The notes under the pieces: generated by a model
What the model saw: the letters and a program-made list of their open reading frames with translations, nothing else
Database searches by the model: none
What the model was told of the DNA's origin: nothing
Shown here: positions 15,495 to 22,262 of the stretch, piece by piece
How the letters are laid out: every line of letters starts with the position of its first letter
Position numbering within the stretch: position 1 is the stretch's first letter
Origin: Acidimicrobiia bacterium
Lineage (GTDB): Bacteria > Actinomycetota > Acidimicrobiia > IMCC26256 > JACDBD01
Reading direction: 5' to 3'
Assembly (NCBI GenBank): GCA_050743385.1
Contig: JBOGFJ010000089.1
Location: forward strand, 1 to 43,823
Length of the DNA: 43,823 nucleotides
Program-made: the position numbers and the translations under genes

Positions 15495-15980
15495 CTACAG
15501 GTGCTCGAGAACCTTGTCGGCGCCGCTCACGTCGACACCGGGCCCGCTCTCCACGAAGAGCTGTTCCACGACGCCGTCTTGGAGGATGGCGGCGTAGCGC
15601 TGCGAGCGAAGCCCGAGGCCGAACCCGGAGCCGTCGAACTCGAGTCCCACCGATCGGGCGAAGTCGCCGTTGCCGTCTCCGATCATCAGCACCGAGTCGC
15701 CGACCTTCTGGTCCTGGGCCCACGCGTGCATCACGAAGGCATCGTTGACGGCGATGCAGGCGATGGTGTCGACGCCCTTCTCCTGGAGCTGCTCCGCCAG
15801 CGTGACGAAACCGGGCAGGTGGTAGTTCGAGCAGCCGGGCGTGAAGGCGCCCGGCACCGCGAACACCACCACCCTGCCGCGGCCGAGCAGCTCGCCGGTC
15901 TGGGCCTGCTTCGGCATCCCGTCGTCGCCGCTGATCGCGACCTGGACGTCGGGGATGCGGTCACCTACGGCGATGCTCAT
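15495..15980 (-). CDS. peroxiredoxin (Prx5-like, AhpC/TSA superfamily)
   Basis: MSIAVGDRIPDVQVA...VVVFAVPGAFTPGCSNYHLPGFV...VDTIACIAVNDAFVMHAWA has the PGAFTPxC peroxidatic Cys motif. Confidence 0.9.
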   Translation of the reverse strand: MSIAVGDRIPDVQVAISGDDGMPKQAQTGELLGRGRVVVFAVPGAFTPGCSNYHLPGFVTLAEQLQEKGVDTIACIAVNDAFVMHAWAQDQKVGDSVLMIGDGNGDFARSVGLEFDGSGFGLGLRSQRYAAILQDGVVEQLFVESGPGVDVSGADKVLEHL

Positions 15981-16040
15981 CGTGCCGTCATTCCTGGTCC
16001 TCCCGGTCGACCTTCGACGGTTTCGGGGAGCGACAGCATG

Positions 16041-16328
16041 TCATGACCAGTCGATCCGAGTCGCTCCGGCGGCCTCGGGGTGACGGCGGAGCCAATTCCC
16101 GGCGAACGGGCAGAGCGGCACGATCGTGAGCCCGTCGGCGACGGCGTGGTCGACGGCCGCTTGCACGAGCTTGCCTCCGACACCTCGGCCCGAGAGCTCG
16201 TCGGGTACTTCGGTATGGACCAGGATCAGCCGATCGCCGTGACGCCGGAACCAGAGCTCGGCGGTCCCGTCGGGGAGCGACAGCTCGAAGCGGCCGGACC
16301 GATCGTCGCGAACCACCGTCTCGGGCAT
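16041..16328 (-). CDS. GNAT-like small N-acetyltransferase (YjdJ type)
   Basis: MPETVVRDDRSGRFELSLPDGTAELWFRRHGDRLILVHTEVPDELSGRGVGGKLVQAAVDHAVADGLTIVPLCPFAGNWLRRHPE is the characteristic ~95-aa single-domain GNAT. Confidence 0.75.
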   Translation of the reverse strand: MPETVVRDDRSGRFELSLPDGTAELWFRRHGDRLILVHTEVPDELSGRGVGGKLVQAAVDHAVADGLTIVPLCPFAGNWLRRHPEAAGATRIDWS

Positions 16329-16389
16329 GCAGGTGCCAACGGCGTCGCCGCCACGCCTGTTCCCGTCTACGGTTCAACGGGGGTTCACG

Positions 16390-17322
16390 ATGCCGTTCGT
16401 CCCGGATTCGTTGGCGCTCGTCGCGGGTGGCCCAGAGAAGCCGTACGAGTGGTCGATGACCACGGAGCTCAGCTGGACGGGCACGTTCCGCGGGAACATC
16501 GGCCGGCTCCTCGTCCCCGCGTCGACGAGCCGGCCGTTCAAGACGGACCTCGCGTCGGTGCCGAGGGTGATGACGTGGTTGTTCCCTCGGTACGGGCAGT
16601 ACACGAAGGCCGCGGTGCTGCACGACTATCTGTGCCAGACGGTCGGACGCGAGACGATCGCGGTCTATCCGACCCAGTCCGACGACGGCGCCGAGGACGA
16701 CGGCGCCGATGACGACAGCGCCGATGACGACAGCGGTGGCGGCGGCGAGGCGGTCGCGCCGCAGCTGATCGAGGTCGCGGACCGGTCCGATGCCGACGAG
16801 ATCTTCCGGCTCGTGATGACGGAGTTGGACGTTCCGTGGGCGCGGCGGTGGCTGATGTGGTCGGCGGTGAGCTGGGCGACGCTCGTCACCAGCCTGTGGC
16901 CGGGCCGCAGCAGCAAAGGGACGTTGCGGAAGATCGGCCGCGTCGTCGTCGCCGCCGGCGGCCTTGCGGTGGTCGCCCTCGTTGCTCTGTTGTGGGAAAC
17001 CGGGGTGCTCCGGGCCGTGCTCCTGGTGCTGGCGGGCTCGACCGGGCTCGCGGCCGTGGTGATGGTGGCCGGGTACATCGCGCTGGGCCGTTGGGACCGA
17101 TGGCTCGTGTACCTCGCGGCCTTCGGCATGACCGTGGCGTCGCTCCCGCTCCTCGTCACCGGCGGGGTGATCGGGATCCTGCTCGTCCTCTACCTCCTCT
17201 TCGAGGATGCCTTCTCCGGCTTTCGCGCCACCCGGGCGCGTCTCGGTCGCCTGTGGGCGCGGCCGCCGGCGGTCGCGGCCACACCTCGCGACGAGCGGAT
17301 CGAGGCCGTACGCGGCAGCTGA
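16390..17322 (+). CDS. DUF1353-like domain protein with acidic insert and C-terminal multi-TM region
   Basis: FKTDLASVPRVMTWLFPRYGQYTKAAVLHDYLC resembles the DUF1353 motifs. A (DDGAE/DDSAD) acidic repeat follows, then hydrophobic segments (VVAAGGLAVVALVALLW, VLLVLAGSTGLAAVVMVAGYIAL, LLVTGGVIGILLVLYLLF). ATG 16390 is preferred over 16327, which would overlap the divergent start codon. Confidence 0.65.
   Translation: MPFVPDSLALVAGGPEKPYEWSMTTELSWTGTFRGNIGRLLVPASTSRPFKTDLASVPRVMTWLFPRYGQYTKAAVLHDYLCQTVGRETIAVYPTQSDDGAEDDGADDDSADDDSGGGGEAVAPQLIEVADRSDADEIFRLVMTELDVPWARRWLMWSAVSWATLVTSLWPGRSSKGTLRKIGRVVVAAGGLAVVALVALLWETGVLRAVLLVLAGSTGLAAVVMVAGYIALGRWDRWLVYLAAFGMTVASLPLLVTGGVIGILLVLYLLFEDAFSGFRATRARLGRLWARPPAVAATPRDERIEAVRGS
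16681..16740 (+). repeat. in-frame 15-nt tandem repeat x4 inside the DUF1353-like gene
   Basis: gacgacggcgccgag / gacgacggcgccgat / gacgacagcgccgat / gacgacagcggtggc, encoding DDGAE-DDGAD-DDSAD-DDSGG. Confidence 0.85.
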
Positions 17323-17363
17323 GAAGATGGCGCGGGTCACACCCCGTCGACGGAGGCACTCGC

Positions 17364-19040
17364 ATGGCAGAGAACCATGGGGGCGACGGTTCCGACGTCG
17401 CTTCCGACGCCGCCCCCGCCCCCCTCAGCCAGTCGGCGCTAGAGGAGATTGCGACCTTCGGCGACGAGCGGACGGTCGCCGAGGGGGACGTGCTCTTCCG
17501 AGCCGGTGACTTGTCCTACGACTTCTTCGTGGTGCTCGACGGCGAGATCGAGATCGTCCGGCCGCACGACGACGGCGATGTCCTGCTCGCGGCGCACGGC
17601 GCGGGGCGATTCCTGGGGGAGCTGAACCTGCTGACGGGACAGCGGGCGTACCTGACCGCCCGCGTCTCCCGAGCCGGGCGGGTGCTGGCGATCGGGCCCG
17701 ACGACTTCCGCCGGCTCATGAACTCCAAGCCCGCCATCGCCGACACGATCTTTCGCGCCTTCGTTGCCCGCCGGGAGCTGCTCCGCGCCGGCGAGGGGGC
17801 GCGTGCGGTGCGCATCGTCGGCTCCCGGTACTCGCCGGAGGCGCTCGCGCTGCGCGGGTTCGCGACGCGGTCCCGGGTCCCCCACACCTGGATCGACGTC
17901 GAGGATGCCGACGATGCCGGGGTTCTCCTGGCGAGCATGGGCGTTCGCGCGCCCCACCTCCCGGTCGTGATCACACCGACGGCCATCCTGCGTCGTCCCT
18001 CGCCAGGACAGTTCGCCGAGCATCTCGGGCTCACGTTCCGCACGGCCCCCGGATACACATTCGATCTGGTCGTGGTCGGGACCGGTCCCGGCGGCCTCGC
18101 CGCGGCGGTGTACGGCGCGTCGGAGGGTCTGGCGACCGTCTCCGTCGATGCGGTCGCAGCCGGCGGGCAGGCGGGCTCGAGCTCACGGATCGAGAACTAC
18201 GTCGGGTTCCCGAGCGGCATCTCCGGCGATGAGCTGACATCGCGGGCTGCCACCCAGGCCCAGCGCCTGGGAGCCCGACTGAATGCTCCGTGCGAGGTTG
18301 CCGGCCTTCGCGTCGAGGACACCTTCCACGTCGTCGAGCTCGCCGACGGCAGCGAGATCCCGAGTCGTTCGGTGATCGTCGCGTCGGGGGCGCGCTACCA
18401 GCGCCTCGCGGTCGACGACCTCGAGCGCCTCGAAGGAGCGGGCGTGTACTACGCCGCCACCGACCTGGAGGCACGGATCTGCAGCGGCCACGACGTCATC
18501 GTCGTCGGCGGCGGCAATTCGGCCGGCCAGGGGGCGATCTATCTCGCCCAACAGGGCAGCCGAGTCTCGATCGCGATTCGCGGGGGTGACCTGTCGAAGC
18601 GCATGTCGCGGTACCTGGTCGAACGGATCGAGGCCGACCCCCGCATCGAGCTGCTGACGACCACCGAGGTCAGGGCGCTCGCCGGAGGGCGTCATCTCGA
18701 GCGAGTCACACTCGAAGACACCGCGACCGGGAGGCGACGAGAGGTCGTATGCAGTGGCTTGTTCTGCTTCATCGGTGCCGAGCCCGCGACTGCGTGGCTG
18801 CGGGGCACGATCGCGCTGGACGCCGCCGGGTTCGTCCTGACCGATCGCGCCCTCCCCGAGTCGGTCGTCGCGAGCCCGGTGTTCGCGACGCGCGAGCCGC
18901 TGCCGTTCGAGACGTCGGTCCCGGGAGTGTTCGCGGTCGGTGACGTGCGGCACGGCTCCCAGAAGCGCGTCGCGGCCGCCGTCGGCGAAGGCTCGAGCGC
19001 GGTGCGGTCGGTGCACGAGCACCTGGCGTTGGTCAGCTGA
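17364..19040 (+). CDS. cyclic-nucleotide-binding domain fused to a thioredoxin-reductase-like FAD/NAD(P) oxidoreductase lacking the CxxC redox centre
   Basis: GGAGG precedes ATG 17364. The cNMP-binding domain reads VLFRAGDLSYDFFVVLDGEIEIV...GRFLGELNLLTGQRAYLTARV. The TrxR-like part has DLVVVGTGPGGLAAAVYGASEG, VIVVGGGNSAGQGAIYL and GVFAVGDVRHG. At the position of the TrxR CATC motif the sequence is GVYYAATDLE, with no Cys pair. Confidence 0.85.
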   Translation: MAENHGGDGSDVASDAAPAPLSQSALEEIATFGDERTVAEGDVLFRAGDLSYDFFVVLDGEIEIVRPHDDGDVLLAAHGAGRFLGELNLLTGQRAYLTARVSRAGRVLAIGPDDFRRLMNSKPAIADTIFRAFVARRELLRAGEGARAVRIVGSRYSPEALALRGFATRSRVPHTWIDVEDADDAGVLLASMGVRAPHLPVVITPTAILRRPSPGQFAEHLGLTFRTAPGYTFDLVVVGTGPGGLAAAVYGASEGLATVSVDAVAAGGQAGSSSRIENYVGFPSGISGDELTSRAATQAQRLGARLNAPCEVAGLRVEDTFHVVELADGSEIPSRSVIVASGARYQRLAVDDLERLEGAGVYYAATDLEARICSGHDVIVVGGGNSAGQGAIYLAQQGSRVSIAIRGGDLSKRMSRYLVERIEADPRIELLTTTEVRALAGGRHLERVTLEDTATGRRREVVCSGLFCFIGAEPATAWLRGTIALDAAGFVLTDRALPESVVASPVFATREPLPFETSVPGVFAVGDVRHGSQKRVAAAVGEGSSAVRSVHEHLALVS

Positions 19041-19053
19041 TCCCGGAGGCGAC

Positions 19054-19341
19054 ATGGCCATCTGTGCGCATCTCGACACCATTGGCGACGTCACACCCCG
19101 CGACGACGGGTGCCAGGAGTGTCTCCAGACCGGCGACGAGTGGGTGCACCTCCGCGTGTGCCAGCAGTGCGGGCACGTCGGTTGCTGCGACAGCTCCCCC
19201 AACCGGCATGCCACCGCCCACTTCCGTTCGACGGCGCATCCGGTCGTGCGCTCGTTCGAACCGGGAGAGGAATGGTTCTGGTGTTTCGCCGACGAAGTCA
19301 TGTTCGAGCTCGACGTGCCCCCTGGGCCGTCGCATTGGTGA
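19054..19341 (+). CDS. UBP-type zinc-finger domain-containing protein
   Basis: MAICAHLDTIGDVTPRDDGCQECLQTGDEWVHLRVCQQCGHVGCCDSSPNRHATAHFRSTAHPVVRSFEPGEEWFWCFADE has the Cys/His pattern of a ZnF-UBP. GGAGG sits 5 nt upstream. The gene starts 13 nt after the preceding stop. Confidence 0.85.
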   Translation: MAICAHLDTIGDVTPRDDGCQECLQTGDEWVHLRVCQQCGHVGCCDSSPNRHATAHFRSTAHPVVRSFEPGEEWFWCFADEVMFELDVPPGPSHW

Positions 19342-19401
19342 CGTCAGCCCATCGTCGAGTGGAGAACCCGACCCGCTGTCGGTGACGGTCACGTCGGGGC
19401 G

Positions 19402-20547
19402 TCAATCGAGGATCGCCTCGAGCTCGGCCGCGGCGGCAGCCGCACCACCCTCGTCGGCGCTGACCTTCGCGAGCGATGCGGCTGCATGGCGATAGCTCGC
19501 CTCGGAGAGAACCAGCTCGAGTGCCCGCCTGATGTCACCGGCGGTCGCGCTCCGCGCAAGCGTGGTGCCGGCACCCAGATCCGCGACGCGCTGGGCATTC
19601 AACGGCTGGTCTCGGTCGATCGGCGTGCACACCAGCGGGACGCCAAAGCTCAGCGCGGCGGCAACGCTTCCGAGACCGGCGTGGGTCACCATCACGTCTG
19701 TGCCGGTCATCACCTGCACATGCGGGACGAAGTCGACGACTGCCACGTTGGACGGTGCGCGAAGGGAGCCGATGTCGACCTGGCCGGCCGTGCTGACGAG
19801 CGCCCTCGCTGCGATGCCCTCGAGCGCATCGACGATCGTCTGGAGCAGCCCCTCGTGCGCCTGGTATGTCGTACTCAAGCCGACGAGGACGGTCGGCCCG
19901 TCTCCTGGCGGAAACCGGCCTGCTGCATCGACGCCGATCGTGCCGCCACGCGGACCGAGGAAGCCGAAATGTCGCATGGCGGTCGGGACGTCGGCGACCG
20001 CGGCGTCGAACACGCTCGGAACGACGGCGAAGAGACGGTCGTGACTGGCGAACGCTGCCGGCCAATCGTCCACGGCCGCGAGGCCATAGGCGTGCCGCGT
20101 CTGGTTGATCGCCGATCCGAGCAGCGGCCAAAGGTCAGCGAACCAGGTGTCGACGAACGTCTTGTACATGCTGTGCAGCAGGACGACGGATGGCTGGGCG
20201 AGCGCTTCCGCCGCCGCGAGGCCACCGCCGAGATTCGCGTCCACGACGATGAGGTCGGCCCTGCGATCGCGCGCCAGCGCTGTGACATCGTCGCCCACTG
20301 ACGTGCCGGTGATGACAGGCACGGTCAGCGCAAACTGCTCCTCGAGAAGCTCGCGGCGCGCGTAGTCGGGAATGGCGGAGAACGCGAAGAACCGGCATCC
20401 CGCTCTTTCGGCGCGCCGCTTCACCGAGGGCTGACTGAGGAAGGAGACCTCGTGCCCAGACCGCACGAGCACCTCTGCGATCGCGAGCATCGGAGGGACC
20501 GTGCCGCCGGCGTCGTGACACGTGAGGAGAAAGCGCCTCGGCTTCAT
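19402..20547 (-). CDS. glycosyltransferase, GT1 family (MGT/UDP-glycosyltransferase-like)
   Basis: MKPRRFLLTCHDAGGTVPPMLAIAEVLVRSGHEVSFL...VDFVPHVQVMTGTDVMVTHAGLGSVAAALSFGVPLVCTPIDRDQPLNAQRVADLGAG is the GT-B UDP-sugar binding signature region. Confidence 0.85.
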   Translation of the reverse strand: MKPRRFLLTCHDAGGTVPPMLAIAEVLVRSGHEVSFLSQPSVKRRAERAGCRFFAFSAIPDYARRELLEEQFALTVPVITGTSVGDDVTALARDRRADLIVVDANLGGGLAAAEALAQPSVVLLHSMYKTFVDTWFADLWPLLGSAINQTRHAYGLAAVDDWPAAFASHDRLFAVVPSVFDAAVADVPTAMRHFGFLGPRGGTIGVDAAGRFPPGDGPTVLVGLSTTYQAHEGLLQTIVDALEGIAARALVSTAGQVDIGSLRAPSNVAVVDFVPHVQVMTGTDVMVTHAGLGSVAAALSFGVPLVCTPIDRDQPLNAQRVADLGAGTTLARSATAGDIRRALELVLSEASYRHAAASLAKVSADEGGAAAAAAELEAILD

Positions 20548-20574
20548 CTCTTACCCCACTCGGCAGAGAGAGCG

Positions 20575-21483
20575 CTAGCCCGGGCGAAGGTGGCGGTCGT
20601 CGAGAGCACTGACGAGGCGGGCGACGAGTGCTCGGGCGATGGCGCCGGCAGGGTCGAGGGAAGGGTTGAAGATGGTGACTTCCAGACCAACGGCCTCGCC
20701 ACTCTCGACGGCCACGCGAATCACTGTCTCCAACTCGTTCCAGCTGAGCCCGCCGGGCAATCGGTAGTCGACGGCCGGCATGACGGCGTCGTCCAGCACG
20801 TCGCAGTCGAGATGGATCCAGAAGCCCGCGAGCTCGGGTCGACGCAGGCGCTCGAGGGCCTCGTGCGCGGCGGCATCGGCGCCTCGCTCCCGCACGGTCG
20901 CCAGATCGAGGACGGCGACGGCGGTGTCCTCGATGCGCTGGCTTCCCGCCCGCTCTGCCTCTTCGGCATCTCGGCGTCCGACCACCACCACGTCCTCGTC
21001 CCGGACCAACGGTCCCTGCCCGTCGAGTTCGGCCACGACCCGTGGCCCGCGTCCGGTGGCGAGGGCCAGGTCCATCGACGCCGCCTCTCCGTTGGGTTCG
21101 GCTTCCGGTTGGTAGAAGTCGGCGTGGCCGTCGAGGAACAGCAGGCCGTGGCGACCGCGCCGTCTCAGTGCAAGCAGGTTGCCGAGCAGGATCGAGCAAT
21201 CGCCGCCGAGCACAACCGGTACCTCGCCACTGTCGAGCACCTCGCCGGTGGCGTCAGCCAACTGATGGGCGTAATCGCGCAGGCCCGTCGGATTGCGCAG
21301 CCCCGTCGTGGTGTCGCGCCTTGGGTCATACGGCGGCGGGATGACAACGGCTGCTCGGCGCGCCCCCAGCGCATCGGCCAGGCCTGCCTCGAGAAGGGCT
21401 GCCGGAAGACGCTCGACCCCGCCAGGGAAGAGGCCCAGAACGGAGGGAGCCTCGATGATGGCGTAGCCGCCCATTCCTCCCAC
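20575..21483 (-). CDS. arginase/ureohydrolase-fold family protein (non-canonical first metal motif)
   Basis: The motifs are VVLGGDCSILLG (canonical GGDHS), LFLDGHADF (DAHxD) and WIHLDCDVLDD (SxDxDxxDP). 27 bp upstream of, and on the same strand as, the GT1 gene. Confidence 0.8.
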   Translation of the reverse strand: MGGMGGYAIIEAPSVLGLFPGGVERLPAALLEAGLADALGARRAAVVIPPPYDPRRDTTTGLRNPTGLRDYAHQLADATGEVLDSGEVPVVLGGDCSILLGNLLALRRRGRHGLLFLDGHADFYQPEAEPNGEAASMDLALATGRGPRVVAELDGQGPLVRDEDVVVVGRRDAEEAERAGSQRIEDTAVAVLDLATVRERGADAAAHEALERLRRPELAGFWIHLDCDVLDDAVMPAVDYRLPGGLSWNELETVIRVAVESGEAVGLEVTIFNPSLDPAGAIARALVARLVSALDDRHLRPG

Positions 21484-21553
21484 TTCCTCACCGGAACCCG
21501 GGCGCCGAAGGACGCGCAGGTGCTCCGACCAATTGTCGCTCGCGCCGCAGATC

Positions 21554-21587
21554 GGTCGTCAGTTTCGCTTCACCGACACTGACGACC
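21554..21587 (-). terminator. 10-bp-stem hairpin just downstream of the tRNA gene
   Basis: ggtcgtcagt (21554-21563) pairs with actgacgacc (21578-21587) around a 14-nt loop. It starts 17 nt after the tRNA 3' end on the minus strand. No U-tract. Confidence 0.4.
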
Positions 21588-21603
21588 ACCTCAGCCCAGG
21601 GTG

Positions 21604-21676
21604 TGCCCCCGGTGGGATTCGAACCCACACTGACGGGTGTTTAGGACCCTTTCCTCTGCCGTTGGGATACGGGGGC
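21604..21676 (-). tRNA. atypical class-I tRNA, anticodon loop CCUAAAC (nominal anticodon UAA; isotype uncertain)
   Basis: Minus strand: GCCCCCGUAUCCCAACGGCAGAGGAAAGGGUCCUAAACACCCGUCAGUGUGGGUUCGAAUCCCACCGGGGGCA. Acceptor stem is 7/7 Watson-Crick. T arm is GUGGG-UUCGAAU-CCCAC. Variable loop is 5 nt, discriminator is A73, and no CCA is encoded. The anticodon stem is GGGU/ACCC plus an A27-G43 mismatch, and position 33 is C. Confidence 0.75.
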
Positions 21677-21703
21677 CGATCTCGCCTTGCCGATGTTCCG
21701 TCC

Positions 21704-21731
21704 ACGATACGTCGGCGTCGGTGCGTGGCAA
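21704..21731 (-). promoter_or_regulatory. candidate promoter for the tRNA gene (TTGCCA-N16-TATCGT)
   Basis: Minus strand ttgcca (21731-21726), a 16-nt spacer, then tatcgt (21709-21704), which ends 27 nt upstream of tRNA position 1. The same TATCGT hexamer appears as the -10 candidate in the MerR-region promoter. Confidence 0.3.
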
Positions 21732-21809
21732 TTGGGACACAGCACACTCGTCCCCCGGAGATCGTGGCTCACGGGCCACGGATGGGCGGGGGAAGAAGAC
21801 GGCGCTCGA

Positions 21810-22133
21810 TCAGGCTGCGCGGGCGTCGTCGACGCCCGGAGGATCCTGGACGGCGTCGGCCAGGGCCGCCCGCATTCTCATGGCCGCTTCGCCCCGGAGC
21901 TGATTGACCACGATCACGCCCTCGACCATGTCGGCCGCGACCTCGGCGAACGGCCGGCCCCGGAGCTGCACCGAGACGACCGCCCCACCCGGATAGCGGC
22001 GAATCGTGCGGGCGACACCAGCGACGCGGGGTGGGCACCGGAACGCCGGCACCGTCAGATCGGCCGCCCGAGCCGCCGCCCCCAGGCGCCGGGCCGTGCG
22101 CGCGAAGCGCAACGTCGGTGGGTTCTCCGCCAC
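21810..22133 (-). CDS. small conserved hypothetical protein
   Basis: C-terminal 107 codons of track ORF 21810..23372: VAENPPTLRFARTARRLGAAARAADLTVPAFRCPPRVAGVARTIRRYPGGAVVSVQLRGRPFAEVAADMVEGVIVVNQL... GTG 22133 is the only start codon in frame near this segment. Everything upstream is antisense to the DUF72 gene. Confidence 0.55.
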   Translation of the reverse strand: MAENPPTLRFARTARRLGAAARAADLTVPAFRCPPRVAGVARTIRRYPGGAVVSVQLRGRPFAEVAADMVEGVIVVNQLRGEAAMRMRAALADAVQDPPGVDDARAA

Positions 22134-22262
22134 CCGACGAGCATCCCACGGGGGTATGACAGCTACGACCGGGACAGATCGCGGGACACTTCTGGTGTGC
22201 TCAGGTGACCGTTTCCGTCGTCTCCGCACACGAGAACCGTCGGTCACGGGTACAAAGCGGGG

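Noticed and set aside
15988-17340. A 450-aa minus-strand ORF covering the GNAT and DUF1353-like region.
   Set aside because: The translation is an Arg/Pro/Gly/Asp-rich string with no domain-like segments. It lies antisense or out of frame to two ORFs with recognisable motifs.
21533-21907. Small ORFs overlapping the tRNA (21533..21907 plus, 21559..21747 minus, 21591..21779 minus, 21637..21903 plus).
   Set aside because: They overlap a cloverleaf-forming tRNA gene and its flanks. Their translations have no protein-like features.
21484-22262. An integrative mobile element or attachment site at the tRNA gene.
   Set aside because: There is no integrase, excisionase or transposase nearby. I did not spot a direct repeat of the tRNA 3' half elsewhere in the window. 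The flanks are ordinary small genes.
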